A stretch of 64,000 nucleotides of DNA from Camelus dromedarius (GCF_036321535.1 NC_087437.1:118608001-118672000), one strand, 5' to 3'; numbered from the stretch's first letter, positions 25,663 through 39,246 are shown. Notes: generated by a model from the letters alone, not told the origin. Numbers and translations are program-made.

Positions 25663-27621
25663 TGCGTGTGTGTGTCATATATGCCAACATGTGTAAACTT
25701 GGGCATTCCACTTGGTACCCAGCAGGGCTGGGGTTAGTTTTGTTTTTCTTTTTTAACCGAAATGCAGTCGTATCACCTAGGTTAGTCTGTGACATATTTT
25801 TTGATTTGTTCTTCTGATTTTTTAAATAGCTTTATGATGATATAATTGGCATAAAACGAACAGTTTGTGTTATCGGGTACAATTTGATAAGTTTTACCAA
25901 GGTGCGCAGCCTGGAAACCATCCCCACATACAAGATGACATACGTTCTCATCAAGCCCAGTGTCCTTGTCCTTTTTCGCTCTGCCTGCCTCCCAGCCCTC
26001 GCTGACCCTGACCCCAAACCCAGGTAGCCACTCATCTGCCTTCTGTCACTATAGCTTACTTTTTACTTTGTAGAATTTCATACAAATGGAATAACGTGCA
26101 TTCCTTTTTCCAACTTCCTTCCCTCAGAGTAGTTATTTTGAGGTTTACCCATTTTGTTTCACGCGTCTGTAGTTCACTCGTGTTTATTACTGAGCGTCAG
26201 TGCTCGATTGTATAGCTGGGTTGTAGTTGGCTTACCCCCCTTCACCTGCTGAACTTTTGGGTTGTTTCCAGGATTTTTGGCTATTATAAGTAAAGCTGCT
26301 CTGAGCGCTAGGTAGAAGTCCTTGGACATAATTTTCATTTCTCCTGAGTAAATACCTAAGAGCGAAATGGCCGGGTCATGGGAGAGGGGTATGTTTCACT
26401 TCCTAAGAAACTGCCAAGCTGGTTTTTAGAGTTGACTGTACCATTTTCCATTTCCACCAGCATGAGAGTTCCAGTTCCTCTGCATCCTCACCAACAAGTG
26501 ATATGGTCAGTCTTTTTAATTTTAATAGGTTTTGGTTTAATTTAAATTTGCATTTCCCTAATAGCTGAAGGTCTTACACATCTTCTCATGCTTACTGCCA
26601 TTCCACACATCTTTTTTGGTGAAGTGTCTTTTCAGAATTTCTCGCCTATTTTTGTACTGAGTTGTTTGTCCCCTGATTTTTTTAGTTTTGGGGATTCTTT
26701 ATATTCAGAATATAAATCCTTTATCAGGAACGTGACCCACAAATGTTTTCTCCCAGTCTTTTCCGATTTTTCACGTCATCTTTCAAGGAGGACAAGTTCT
26801 TAATTTTGATGAAATAAAATGTATCAATATTTTTCTTTCATACATTGTGATTTTTGGTGTCAGAGCTAAGAAATTTTTTGCCTAACCCAATGACACAAAG
26901 ATTTCCTCCTGTGTTTTTTATAGTTTTAGTTTCAAATATTTAGGGATTTTCCAGCTATCTTTCTGTTGTTGGTATCTAGTGTAAATTGCACTGTTGCCAG
27001 AGAACATAGTTAGCATGAACTGAATACTTTTAAATGTATTGAAACTTGTACTAATTCGTAATTGCCAGGATACAGTCTATCTTGGTAAATGTTCTGTGTG
27101 CACTTGCAGGCAGTGTATATATACTGCTGTGTGTGTGGAGTGTTCTGTAATTGTCAGGTTGGTTGATAGGATCGTTCAGCTGGTCTATCTCCTTACGCAT
27201 TTTCTGTCTTCTCGTTCTATCTATTACTGAGAAAAGAGTGTTGAAATCTGACTATATTTGTGGGTTTGTCTGTTCCTCCTTGCGGTTTTACCATTCTTGT
27301 TTTATGTATTTTGAAATTCTGTTATTAGGTGCAAAAATATTTAGTATTGATATGTGTTTGTGAACTGAGCATTTTATCATTATGAAATCACCGTGTTTAT
27401 CTGGTAGGACTCTCTGTCCTGGACCTGTTCTGTCCGATACGAACACAGCCACTCCCAGTTTCTTTTTCACCAGCATTGGGCTGATACGTCTTTTTCCATC
27501 CGATGACTTTCAACATAATTGAGTATTTATACTTAAAGTGGGTTTCTTGTAGGCAGCATAAAATCAGGACTTGCTTTTTGTTTAGTTTGACAATCTCTCT
27601 TTTTTAATGGGGTTGTTTAAG

Positions 27622-27817
27622 CCAAACATCAGCAAATAACAGCCCATAGGCTCAATCTGGCATGTAGCCTGCCTGTATATGAATTAAGAATGGCTTTTAC
27701 ATTATTAAAAGGTTATTAAAAAAATCAAGAAGAATATGTGGCAGAAATGGCATGTGACCCAAAGAGCCTAACATGTTTACTGCCTGGTCCTTTATGGAAA
27801 AAGTTAGCAAATCCCCA
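27622..27817. mobile_element. hAT-Charlie MITE (MER58-like) inside L1
   Basis: cagcaaataacagccc...cctaacatgtttactgcctggtcctttatggaaaaagttagcaaatccc. Confidence 0.65.
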
Positions 27818-28890
27818 GTTTAGAATGTTTATATTTAATGCAATGATTGGTGTGGTTGGGTGTAAGTCTACAGGCCTGCTATTTGTTTTCTGTCTTCATG
27901 TCTTCTTCCCCCCCCCCCAACTTTTGTCTCTCTTTTTGCCTTCCTTTGAGTTGAGTATTTTTATTTTGCTCCCCTCGGCGAGTTTATTAGCTGTGACTCT
28001 TTGCTGTGTTATTTTATTGGCTTCAGGGTTTGTACCGTCCACCTTCACTTCGTCACATCTACCGATTCCTACAGTAAAAGAACCTACACAGTGTGCGTCC
28101 CTGCTCCCCCGTCCTGTGTGCTGTCACTGTCATAGATGTGACTTACAAACCACCCCGTATATCGTGATTATTTTTGCTTTAATCAGTCAGCTATCTTTTT
28201 AAATATTTAAAGTTAGACATAAAGGCTTTACAGTTGCCTCCGTAGTTACCACTTCTAGTGTTCATTTCTGTGCATAAATCTGTTTTTCCACCTGATACCA
28301 TTTTTCTTCTGCTTGAAGGGTTTCCTTCAGCGCATTTACAGTGCAGATCTGCCGTGATGCCTGCTCGCTTTTTTTTCAGCTTCATCGAGGTATAATTGAT
28401 AAATAAAAGCTGCGTATATTTAAGGTGCACAGCTTGAACTTTTGATATACATGTACGTTGTAAAATGATGACCACACTCAAGCTAAGTAAAATATTCATC
28501 ACTTCACATACTTAGTAGTTTCTTTGCTTTTCTTTTTCTGTTTTTGGTGCTGGTGAGAACACTTAAGAGCTACCCTCTTAGCAAATTTCAAGTGTATGAT
28601 ACAATATTGTCAACTATAGTCACCAGGCTGTACATTACACCCCTGACCTGCTCATCTTGCACAACTGAAACTTTGGGTGCTTGACCACCATCGCCTCCTA
28701 ACCCCACCCCAGGCCCTAGCAACCGCCATTCTTCTCTCTGAATCGAGTTCAACTTTTTGAGATTTCACATGTAAGTGGATCAAGCAGTATTTGTCCTTCT
28801 GTCCGGCTTGTGCCATTTAGCATCGTCCTCCAGGTTCATCCGTGTGGCGCAAATAGCAAGATATCCTTTTTTAAGACTGAGTACTATTTC

Positions 28891-28891
28891 T

Positions 28892-28922
<31 letters not shown>

Positions 28923-28948
28923 CGCGTGCGTGTGCGCGCGTGCGTGTG
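28891..28948. repeat. Compound (TG)n/(CG)n microsatellite
   Basis: 58 bp of uninterrupted pyrimidine-purine alternation with a (CG)6 core. Confidence 0.95.
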
Positions 28949-30269
28949 ATGAATTCTTTCCACTTATGTGTGTCTGAAGACATCTTTGTCTTCACTTCTG
29001 GAAGATGTTTTGCTTGGGTATAGAACTCTAGGTTGGCAGGGTTTCTCCTCCCAGTAAACATCTTGCTCCATGGTTTTATAACTGTCTTACTGCTGATGTG
29101 GAATCTTCTGTAATCCTTTTCTTTGTTCTTTTGTACATATGTCTTTTTTCCTCTCTCTGCTTTTAAATGTTTCCTTTATCCCTGGCTTTCAGCAATTCAC
29201 TGGTGTAGTCTGCTTCGTATTTCTTGTGCTCGGGGTTCCTTGAGCCGTGTGAATCCATGGGTTTATAGTTTCTATCAAATTTGGAAATTTTTTAGTTATT
29301 CTTTAAGTATTTTTCTGTCTCCCATCCCTTCCTCTCATTTAGGCTCTCTGATTACTCTCAGTCGTCCCACAGTTTACTGGTTTTCTATTTTTTTCAGTAT
29401 TTTGCTCTTTCTGTGTTTCATTTCAGTAGTTCCTACGGTTACGGTTTCAAGTTCACTAATCTTTTTTTCTGTGGTGTATTATCTGCTATTAACACGATGC
29501 AGTGTGTTTTTTCATCTCCCCTAATGCAGTGTTGAATCTCTAGAAGTTTGATTTAGGTCTTTTTTTTAATGGTTTGTCTGTGTATTTCAGGCTAAAGGCA
29601 ACACTCTTTCACACAAGGTGCAGAGCCAGCAAGAAAGCCTGGAAAGCAGGGCACAGGGTTAGAGCCAGAGGGACAGATCTCACACGGAGCCAGATCTGTT
29701 CTTTCCTGTTACACACATACTGGCTCAGCCTTTCTTATGGGCAATTTGTCCGCATACATCCAGATGCTTAAAAGTGACCGTACTTTGACCCATGGTTTTA
29801 CTTTATTAACTCATTCAGAAAAAAATAAGAATATGGGCAAAGATTTAAATACAAGATGTTTCATAGGTCAGTGTTTATAATGGTGGAAATATTGAAAGCC
29901 ACATAAATGGTCACAAGCAAAGCTGGTAAACAAACTTGATACATCTATAGTACGGTTTTTGTGTAGTCAAAGAAGTGGCATGGCTGAAAATCAAATGATA
30001 TGAGCTATTTTTATCACATATAAAGTGAAAGCCATGGTACAAAACAGCATTACTACGTGATTCCATCTTTGTTTAAAAAATTGATACCTAGAAAATGATT
30101 ATGTCTGAAATGTGATTATTGACTGTTTCTGAGTTGGGTGAATTTATGAGTGGGTTTTTATTTCCTTATGTATATTTTCAAATTTTCTACCATAAGTATG
30201 CATTACCTTTGTGATAAGAAGAGTGGGGTTATTTTTTGTTATTTAAAATGTTTGTTAAATGCTATAGGC

Positions 30270-30492
30270 TAAGTATTGGCAAACTTCTTCCATGGAGAGC
30301 CAGGTAGTAAATATTTTAGGCTTGCGAGACAGATGGTCTCTGTCACAGCCGCCCCACTCTGCTGTTACAGCACAAAAGTAAGCGCAGGAAATATGTAAAT
30401 GAATGAAAGTGGCTGTGTTCCAAGAAAACCTGATTTTCAAAGGAGCTGGCAGACCAGATCTGGCCCGTGGGCTGTCATTTGCTGACTGGCCG
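30270..30492. mobile_element. hAT-Charlie MITE (MER58A-like)
   Basis: ggcaaactt...gccaggtagtaaatattttaggcttg...tggcccgtgggctgtcatttgctgac. Confidence 0.8.
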
Positions 30493-31445
30493 TAGGCACT
30501 TGGGTGTCTAGATTAACTGACAGCCAGCATCCCTCTGTTCGTAGGTATTTGCAGACTCTGGTCCCTGCTTTTCTCTTCCAGCACTTTTAGAAAAAGCCAT
30601 GCATCCACATCAACCAAATCCACATTTGTAGCAAGAAAATGTAGCCTCTTTGCAAAGCAATCAACTTTGTCTTTTCCCTCATTTTAAAGCTTATTTTCAA
30701 GGCTGCTATTCCTTTTTTTTTTTTTTTTTCCACTTTTTCTTTCCTCAATAAAAAAGGATCTTACTTGGCAGGGCTTAGGATCTTGAGGCTTTAGTTACAG
30801 GAAAATTAAATGCTTAGCAATGTTATTTTCTGGCACCTAAATATATTCATTTCTGCAATTAAATATGAGTAAATGGGTCATGAGACTTTTTTCTTTTTCC
30901 AAGTAAAACTTGGGATGCCAAACAAATTCTATACTTCTGAAAGGAGCAGTTAAGTCTAGTGTAGACAAATGAAATGCTAGTAATCCCCAAACCTGCTTTA
31001 AGAAATCATTTCAGCTTCCTTCCCCAGGAAGAGAGTTTTTCTAGAGTCTGTTTGCAAAAGTTACCAGGTGATGGCAGCCATGTTTTTTGGTTACCAGTTA
31101 TGTCATAGTATCGCACCAACTTACCACTCTTGCTTCTGGGTGCTCCGTACACTGCAGACGTGACAGAGGACAAGTGTGGGGCGGGGAAGGGTCCCCGGAG
31201 CCAGGCCGACCCCTCTGGTCCTGGAACCTAGGGGGAGTGTGGGTGAGACTGTTGTGAGGGTGTTGCGTAACGTGGAAGCCACCACGGGACATGCGCTCAG
31301 GTTGACTCCGCCCGGGGAAAGCCCCAGGCTTCAGGCAAGTGCGGCTGAGTTTTCTGCTCCAGACTCTCCTGCTCTTCTCCTTACTTTTCTTTGCTCATCT
31401 CCGCTGAAGAAGCACCAGCAACACAGTTCCCTGCCGGGCACTGAC

Positions 31446-32092
31446 CGCGGCGCTACCCCCAGCACAGTGCTCCCCCCCCAGCGCAGTGCTCCCCCCCCCC
31501 AGCGCAGCACCCCCCCAGCACAGTGCTCCCCCCGACCCAGCGTGGCACCCCCCCCAGCACGGTGCTCCCCCCCCAGCGCAGTGCCCCCCCCAGCGCGGCG
31601 CTCCTCCCCCCCCAGCACGGCGCTCCCCCCCCAGCGCAGTGCTCCCCCCGACCCAGCGTGGCACCCCCCCCAGCACGGTGCTCCCCCCCCAGCGCAGTGC
31701 CCCCCCCCAGCGCGGCGCTCCCCCCCCCAGCGCAGTGCCCCCCCCAGCGCGGCGCTCCTCCCCCCCCAGCGCAGTGCCCCCCCCCAGCGCGGCGCTCCTC
31801 CCCCCCCAGCACGGCGCTCCCCCCCCAGCGCAGTGCTCCCCCCGACCCAGCGTGGCACCCCCCCCAGCGCAGTGCCCCCCCCCCATCGCGGTGCTCCCCC
31901 CGACCCAGCGCGGCACCCCCCCATCGCGGTGCTCCCCCCCCAGCGCAGTGCCCCCCCCCATCGCGGCGCTCCTCCCCCCCCCAGCGCAGCACCCCCCCAG
32001 CACAGTGCTCCCCCCGACCCAGCGCGGCACCCCCCCCATCGCGGCGCTCCTCCCCCCCCCATCGCGGCGCTCCCCTCCCCCAGCGCGGCGCT
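31446..32092. repeat. GC-rich minisatellite, ~34 units of 16-22 bp
   Basis: Core A(G/T)C(G/A)C(A/G)G(T/C)GC(T) alternating with C-runs of mostly 7-10; seen directly. Confidence 0.95.
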
Positions 32093-32408
32093 CTGGCCTT
32101 GCCAGCCCCCACCAAGCGCCTGATGCTTGCGTACGTGCCCCTCTGCACGTTGCTCTTCGCCACGTGGGTTCAGCGCTTGCAGACCCTGAAGCAGGCTGTC
32201 AGTCCGTACAGAGGGGACGGACCCTCTGGAGACACACAGCCCCCGAGACCTCCCTCGGTGCGAGCTCAGGTGCCAAGGCCTTTGGAGCCCCGGTACCAAT
32301 GTGACTTGACTGTGGTCTGATAAAGCCAAGGGCTCTCTCTTTTGTCGTGGGGTGGAGGCGGACTGCTGATTTCATAGCTGTGGATTTCCCCCGCTTCTGT
32401 CTCCTCAG

Positions 32409-32662
32409 AAATCGCAGGTGCTCCGGTGTCTGAAATTTCTGGGCCTTTCTCAACAGACGACACAGCCAGCAACTGCGTCCCCGCCCTGCCTTTGAATGAG
32501 CCCGTTCTGTGGATTGTCTCCTATGCTCTGATGAGCGTGTGTGGAGTCATCCTTCTTACCTTAATCGTCCTGCTGCTACTTCCGCTGCGGTGTCGGCATC
32601 TCCCCCGCGACCCCGAGGTTGTCAACGACGAGTCCTCTCTGGTCCGGCATCGCTGGAAATGA
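32409..32662 (+). CDS. BACE2: BACE2 terminal exon 9, coding part (TM helix, cytoplasmic tail, TGA)
   Basis: ctcctcAG|; 169+254 nt keeps frame. Translates (E)IAGAPVSEISGPFSTDDTASNCVPALPLNEPVLWIVSYALMSVCGVILLTLIVLLLLPLRCRHLPRDPEVVNDESSLVRHRWK*. Confidence 0.97.
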
Positions 32663-33630
32663 AGAGCAGGGCTGAACCCACCCGACCTTGAACTCAACTA
32701 TGGAGACAATTAAATTCAGGCGCAGCAGGCAGGGGTTATAAGGCAGGGTTTCTTCCTGTGTCCATTAGTCTTAAATCTCTTCTGCTCCCAGATGCCTTCC
32801 AGGTTCACTGTATTTTGATCCTTGATTTTAAAGTTTCCTCTTTTCTCCCTTACTTCCAAGGAAAATGACAATAAAAGACACCTCATTCTTAATCAAAACA
32901 GAGTGAATTGAGCTTCAGGCTTTCTGTAGCTGGTTATGCCAAACTATCTAGGCGTGCCACCAAAAACCCAACCAAACAAAAACCCCACAAGCCTTGGCTA
33001 GTTCTCTTCTCCTTCCCACCTCTGGGGAAAAAACAAGTGCATATAGTTTATAACTCCTCTTAACTAATGGGAAGCTTTTTGTATTAATTGCATTTAAGGG
33101 TGTTTTGTGCCAGGCCTCAACCTGGGTCAGGACGGTACAAGAAGGCTCCCAGTAAGATGGCAGGAGAAGGCTGGGGCTGGATGATCTAACCATCCTGTCC
33201 CCTTCTGAGTCAGAAAAAGAGTGAGTGGCAGGCTCCCTTTCTGGGTGTGTCTGCGCTCTGAACAGGAGCTGGAGTCCACTAGGAAGAGAGAATCACTCAC
33301 GTCTTCACCAGCCTCTTCTGAAGATGGAAAGCCTCTGAGTGGGGAGGAAACCTTCTCCTTTGTACTCAGTACTTCCATAGCATTGTGGGTATGAAAGCAA
33401 AAACTACCTCTGTTGAGCCTCTGCCCGGGGTCCTGTGCCTGGGCGGGGGGCACAGGCAGCCTGGTTCCAGCCGTTGCCCTCGCCGAACAGCAGCCTGGTT
33501 CCAGCAGGCGAGACGTCCCCGGTGCGGACCACACGTCGGCCTGGAGCAGCTCTGTCAGCAGGCGGTTATCATCACATGTGCTTGCTCTTCACTTAAAGTG
33601 AATAAACACTGCTTTTAAGGAGAAAAAAGC
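32663..33630 (+). other. BACE2: BACE2 proximal 3' UTR
   Basis: Follows the stop codon; AATAAA at 32870-32875 and 33601-33606. The end position is inferred. Confidence 0.7.
33601..33606 (+). terminator. Candidate poly(A) signal (proximal)
   Basis: AATAAA about 940 nt after the stop, followed by an A-rich then U-rich stretch. Confidence 0.55.
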
Positions 33631-36600
33631 AAATTCTATTTCACTTAGCTCGTCCCTCTTTCCAAGTCTTCTCTGAAGGCAGGTTGCTTATTACTCTTTC
33701 GGGAAATAGAGACAGGCCCGAATGCCTGTTCTTCCGACCAGCTCTCAGAGGACGGGAGGCACGCGACGTGCAGAGGATGTGGGGGAGCTTCTGCTTGTCC
33801 TTGTGCTTTGAAACCATGTGCTGCATCTCCTGAACCCCCGCCCAGGCTCAGGCACACCCGTCTGAAACAGCCTAACCAAGCCTGTCAAGCAGCTGACCTG
33901 CCTGCTGCTTCCCTTTGGCTTGTTCAGTCTTTGGGACAAGTTGGGTGTGCAATGGTGCCCTTATCTGGGGAACGCCCCCCTTGCCGTCATTTATTTGAGG
34001 TCTTTGGCCAAGAAAAGCAGAAGCCTTTAACTTGATGTCATTAGAAGAAGGGTTTAAAGCCAGTATCCCATTTCTCGCTGTGTTCCCTTTGCATTGCTGT
34101 TGGAATGGGCTGGATGTATCATCCAGTCCCACTGGAAGGGCTAACTAGGAGGTGTCTCCTCTGGCTGGAGTGTTATCTGTGTTCAAAGCAGGTTCCATAT
34201 GGACATTCTAGCCACCTGCCCTGCTCACTGTCCCCCCAGGTCACCTCCGTATTGAGAAATGCATGACTGTGCCCAAGAGATGTGGAGCCATGGATGTGTG
34301 TCGTGGTGTCCTCACAGACTCTCCAGCAGCCACAAGAATCTGTGGGATTCTTGTGGAGAAGGTTTGCGTTGCATCTTAGAACACGAATCTGGTGTGTTCA
34401 AGATGCAGTTCAGGCGTGGCCATGGCGGGGACGCCCTCTTGAAATTGGATGAGAGCAGGACATTCTGTTATCAGAACCTCATCATCACTTCTGGTCTCTG
34501 CCATTTGCGAGGTAAAAATTCCAAAATACATTTCAGAGTTAGAAACCTCTGGAAGTCCAGTTTTCTCCTCGCCGTCTTGGTTTCTCTTGGGCTCCCATTT
34601 TGTGGGCCACTTGACCTAACAGTGAAGGCAACACCCCTAGACAGTGCCTTCCTGTTGCTCTGAAAAAAATCCAAACCCCCGAAATAAAAGGAGGGAATTG
34701 CAGGTATGACCCGGTTAGTTTTGCTGCTCATTTCTTCACGTGGGCGTCTTCTGTTTCATCGTCTCGGATGCAGTGTCCGAGCCGGGGAGCGTTCCTGTTA
34801 CAGCACACTAAGCCGGCAGTGTGCCCAGAGTATCTGAGAACAGCAGGGTTGCTTTCAAGCTTGGGTATTTGAATGGAGTTTGTGCTGATGCTCTGTATTT
34901 CGTATCAGATTTCTCTACCTTTTCATCTCCAGTGTCATTGGATGTGACATTTTAATGGAAAGACTTAAATTACAAAAGCATAACTTAGAAACAAGAATGA
35001 AACAGACAATTGACTGCGGGACATTCTCCTGGCATGCTTTGCTGCTGAAAATTGGACTTTGAGTCAAAGCCCTGTTCGTGACACCCACCTCCTCCACTTA
35101 CGTGAATTGACACTTAGCTTGGCCTAGCTTCAAGGAGGCTTGCTTTGAGCAGGAAAGGAGGCAGCAGTCCTTTGGGGGGTGTTGATTTTACCCTGCACCG
35201 TGGAAGGTGTTGAGGATGGTCCTCTCCTGAAAGATGCAACTTTGCATTAGGCTGTTGTCAGAACCTTGTCAGCTCTCTGATGGGAATGGATGCTTCTACG
35301 TGAACCATCGTTTTTTAAAATAGGCTGATGCTTTATATTCTTGATAAGTTATTCAGAAGCCCGAAATGAAATCCTTTCTTCAGGAACCAAAACTGTTTAT
35401 GAAGCGTAGCAAGAAACGTGATGGGGATTGATTCTGTTTATTCCTCTGGAATTTAAAAGCACCACAAGTCATTGGTGTCAGATCATCTGGCATCTACCAT
35501 ATACTGTTTCATCTTCCTTATAACCAAAAACAAGTACTTGGCTTTAAAGAACAGATTCCTTGTATGTGACGGCAGGGAACGTTTCCCTGAACACAGCTGA
35601 CTCCCAAACTTTTGGAAAGGATTTTTTTTTTAAATCTGATTCATTGTGAAATGCAGCGGTTTGGGATGGAAGTAAATTTGGGGTCAGTTATGGTTGAAAA
35701 CGATGAAAGTAACTCACAGCCATGCGGCATTAACTCCTCAGAGCTTTGGGTAATAGATTTTGCAAAGCAGTTTTGATTCGAGGGTTCTATTATCTCCTTT
35801 AAGAGGAGAGGAAGGATTATTTCTTTATTTAATAGATTCTCCTCTCAAATGGAAACGTGTTAAGTGCCTCTAACCAGGTCCCCCCACTCCTGCACTGGTG
35901 GGGCTGCCGAGCATGTTCAGTTCCAAGTTCTGGCCATGTGCCACTGCATATCATTGAAATAAATCACTGCCCAGCAGCCTGTTCCATGAACAATAATAAT
36001 CAAGTTCCCCAGACTTTATCCTTATTAGTAGAAACCAAATAATTGGGTGGAATCCCAGGGAGTTTTTCTCTTGCACAAACTTACTAGAATTGATTACAGA
36101 ACTGTTCTGAGGAAAAACTTGCCACTACAATTTTTTTTTTCTTTTTTAGGGAAAACAACTAAACATCATAAAATGTAAAATTATGGGTTTTGCCAAGAGA
36201 GAGACTAGATGTCTGGTGCCAAGAAACTGGCACACAACAGAAGTTACTGTGCACATTTCTAGTGGGTTTTAAGAATTTCAGATTTGAACTTATGGCCGTC
36301 AACCAGTTAAATAGTGAGGTGGAAGAATATGTTTTGAGAGTGGGGAGGGAAAATAAAAATATAGTCAAAAGTGTGCTTAACAAAATCAGCAGGATTAGCT
36401 CTTTTGGAAAAGGAGCTTCAATGTCAGGAATCCTCACATTTCTTTCACCCTGGACGTCGCTGGATCCGTTGGAGATGTGATTTATTTTGACACTGCTTCA
36501 GATGCCAAACTTCAAGAACATTCAAGCTGGCGTCGTGTGCCAGATGACCCGGTCGTGGACAAAGTGAGAAAAGGTGGCCCCTTACCCTTACGTTGCCAGA

Positions 36601-39246
36601 GGAAGACTGGTTCATTCAAGGAAGAGCAGGTGATGGTTGGGACTTGGAAAATTCGAGAACCTGGGAAGGGAGATGGGGTCAGAAGCCATATCCCTTGGTC
36701 AGCAGATGACTGCTGAGGTCTGGGCAAACTGAGGACATCCCAGGACGTTGGAAAGTCGTTTCCCCAAGTTTTTGGCACGGCCGCCTCGTGAGGAATTTTC
36801 CAAAGGAACCTCTCAGGAGTTATAATTTGTCTAAGAGAAACGTTCTTTGCAGCTGTCACTTCTGTTGTTCTAACAAAACTAGAGATACCTGAGCTCCCAA
36901 GCAGGGCACTGTTCTCAGACTGCGGGTTCAAGGTTGTGACCTGGGAAGTTCATAGGGCAGGGTCAGGAGCTGACCAAGCCTGGGATCTGAGCATCGGGGA
37001 AGTGCTCCTGACCGCGGCCTCCAGGGAGCTCAGACAGCCGTTCCCACCCGGCCTGCTGGCCAGCCCGCCGACCTAGAGTCCGGCAGCTTCCTGACTGCAC
37101 TCCTCCGGGACGCCTTTTGTCAGGGGCGCTTCCAGAAAGAAGAGTTTCAGGAACAGCGGGAGGCTCCCGCGGGGCACCACTATCCCCTCTGAGCACCTGT
37201 GCACAGTGTCCTCGTGGTCCTCGCCATCCCCAAGTGCACACCGGTCCTAATTAGAATCCGTGAAGCCATGAACGCAAAGCCCCTGCCTTGGCCTTGCGCC
37301 CTGGGTTGGTGAGAGTGCCTTTCCCGGGGCGGGTGGAGGCAGCCCGATGCCCCGAGTCAGCAGCCTTGTGGAATGTGGACGTGGGCGCACAGCCAGGCGT
37401 CCTGGTGCTGCAGTGTGTCTGCAAAACCTCTGCGCGCAGCAGATTCTGGAGTTAATAAGCACGAATGTCTCAAGGACACGACATCACCCAGTCAGCACAG
37501 TGCTTCCTCCCAGTCCCTCCGCTCTCTGGGCTCTCAGAGCCAGAGGAGGCACACAGGTGCCCAGTGTTCCTAAACCGCGTCGTGCTGTGTGTCTGCACAG
37601 CACACGTGCTCTTGCAGGGCACCGGGTGCCTGAAGGCTGGCACGAGGCACATGAAGGCTCCTGATAGACCCACGTACAGCCACAGCACGAGCGACTCTGG
37701 GCGCCTGATCTTTGATGCTCCAGGGCCTTCACGTGCCCCATGAAGCCTTCGGGTGCTTGTTGGGGCGTCGCTGATGAGCCGGTGATTCCTGACATGTCCA
37801 GTTAGCATCTCAGGATCCCGGAAAGGGTGTCAGGGTGAAATGTCTGTCTCGCCTCTAGATCCCTGGTGGTCGGAGAGTGCCTGTGCCCTGGGAGCAGGGG
37901 TGAGAAGTGGGCGGCTCTCTCCGCAGCTGGAGAGTTATTTGTGTCAGATCAACTGGGTGAAGTCTCAACTGTGCACAGCACACAGAGGTACCCGCTCATA
38001 TCAGTCTGAGTCGAGTATTTTGCCAATGGAGATTTATCATTATAAATGATGTAATTACAAACTATAGATTTATAAAATATGATTTTGAGTAAGTCGAGTA
38101 CAGCTGTCATACAACTGATACCACAAAAAGGAGACGAAATCTTGGAAGTCTTTGCAACCTGGCCCAATCTGACATTGAGGTTTTCCCATGGGATTTCCGC
38201 ACTTCGGTTGTCATATTTGTATTTTTACTCAGGATGCAGGCATGGGTCAGGAGAGCATGAGAAGGCAAATGTCTCCAAAAGGGCTTGTCTTTTCCTCTGT
38301 CACACGCTACATGTGGGTGGAGTTGAAAGCTCCCGGGTGTAAGTTTTCAGCTTGTGTCATTTCACCTGTTGAAATAAAATTTCCCATGAGCCTCACATTC
38401 CCAAAAAATTGTCTTTGTGAGAAACAGAAAAATAAGCAAAGCTAATGAAGGATCTATTGATTTGTAATGAAAGTCACCAAAAATAAACTTCCATGACTCC
38501 AGTCTCTTGTACTATTTTGTGTTCTTTGCTGCTGGTGGTAACAGACTTGGAATTGTTTTTTTCTCATTTTACTGATTGCGGATGTAACGTTATACATTCT
38601 CATCAGTGAGGCTGCAAATTCTGTTTAGGGTTGGAATTGGTACAATGAGAGGGAAAAGAATGGATGAGATTTACCATGTGCTGATGAAAGATGACTTTTT
38701 GTCATCTAGAATGTTGTATTTCCTGCTATTTGTGTTGATTCACACACTTAAATATACTTAAAGTTTAAAATCCCTTTGTTCAGTCACTTAAAGAAGCCAC
38801 TCATTTTTTTCTCAAAAAGAGTAATTTCTGCACTGGCAGTGTTAATTGTACTGGCTGAAAAGCTGCAAACCTTGTACTCTTAAAAAAAAAAAAAAAAAGC
38901 TAAAAGTAGTGCTTTGGAAAATGTCTTTTATGTGTGTATCTCGGACTTACATTCTTAACACACAATTCTTAAGTGTAACTTGTATTTCTGAAAATGCTTT
39001 GGAATTTTCCTCTATTTTTTAGTATATCGTGTTAATTTAAATTGAAGTTGTAATAGGACCAAGAGCTGGAGTACAGAGGTTTTCATTCCACTTTAGAAGA
39101 TGCCACCTGAGCTGCTGACCAGTATCCAAACTGTTACGTACCTCAAAAGTGGAATTTTCTACAATAGTCTTATTTTTATACCTGTATATTCCACTAATTT
39201 GGGATGTATACCATTGAAAAGGAGATAAAAGAGTTTGATTTCTTTG

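Larger units (their letters stand above)
25820..29560 (-). mobile_element. Nested old L1 fragments
   Basis: Several antisense L1 3'-end and ORF2 hallmarks (e.g. ttcctaagaaactgccaag...ttccaccag; ctcttagcaaatttcaagtgta). Confidence 0.7.

Noticed and set aside
31446..32092. Repeat-spacer look reminiscent of a CRISPR array
   Set aside because: The spacers are homopolymer C-runs, not unique sequences; the context is mammalian and there are no cas genes.
31176..32329. Long ORFs (214-332 aa) in all six frames over the minisatellite
   Set aside because: The repeat units contain no stop codons, so Pro- or Gly-rich translations are a compositional artefact; the region is intronic.
32409..32417. In-frame alternative acceptor 9 nt into exon 9 (cgcAG|G)
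   Set aside because: Possible, but the first AG after the pyrimidine tract normally dominates; there is no evidence without RNA data.
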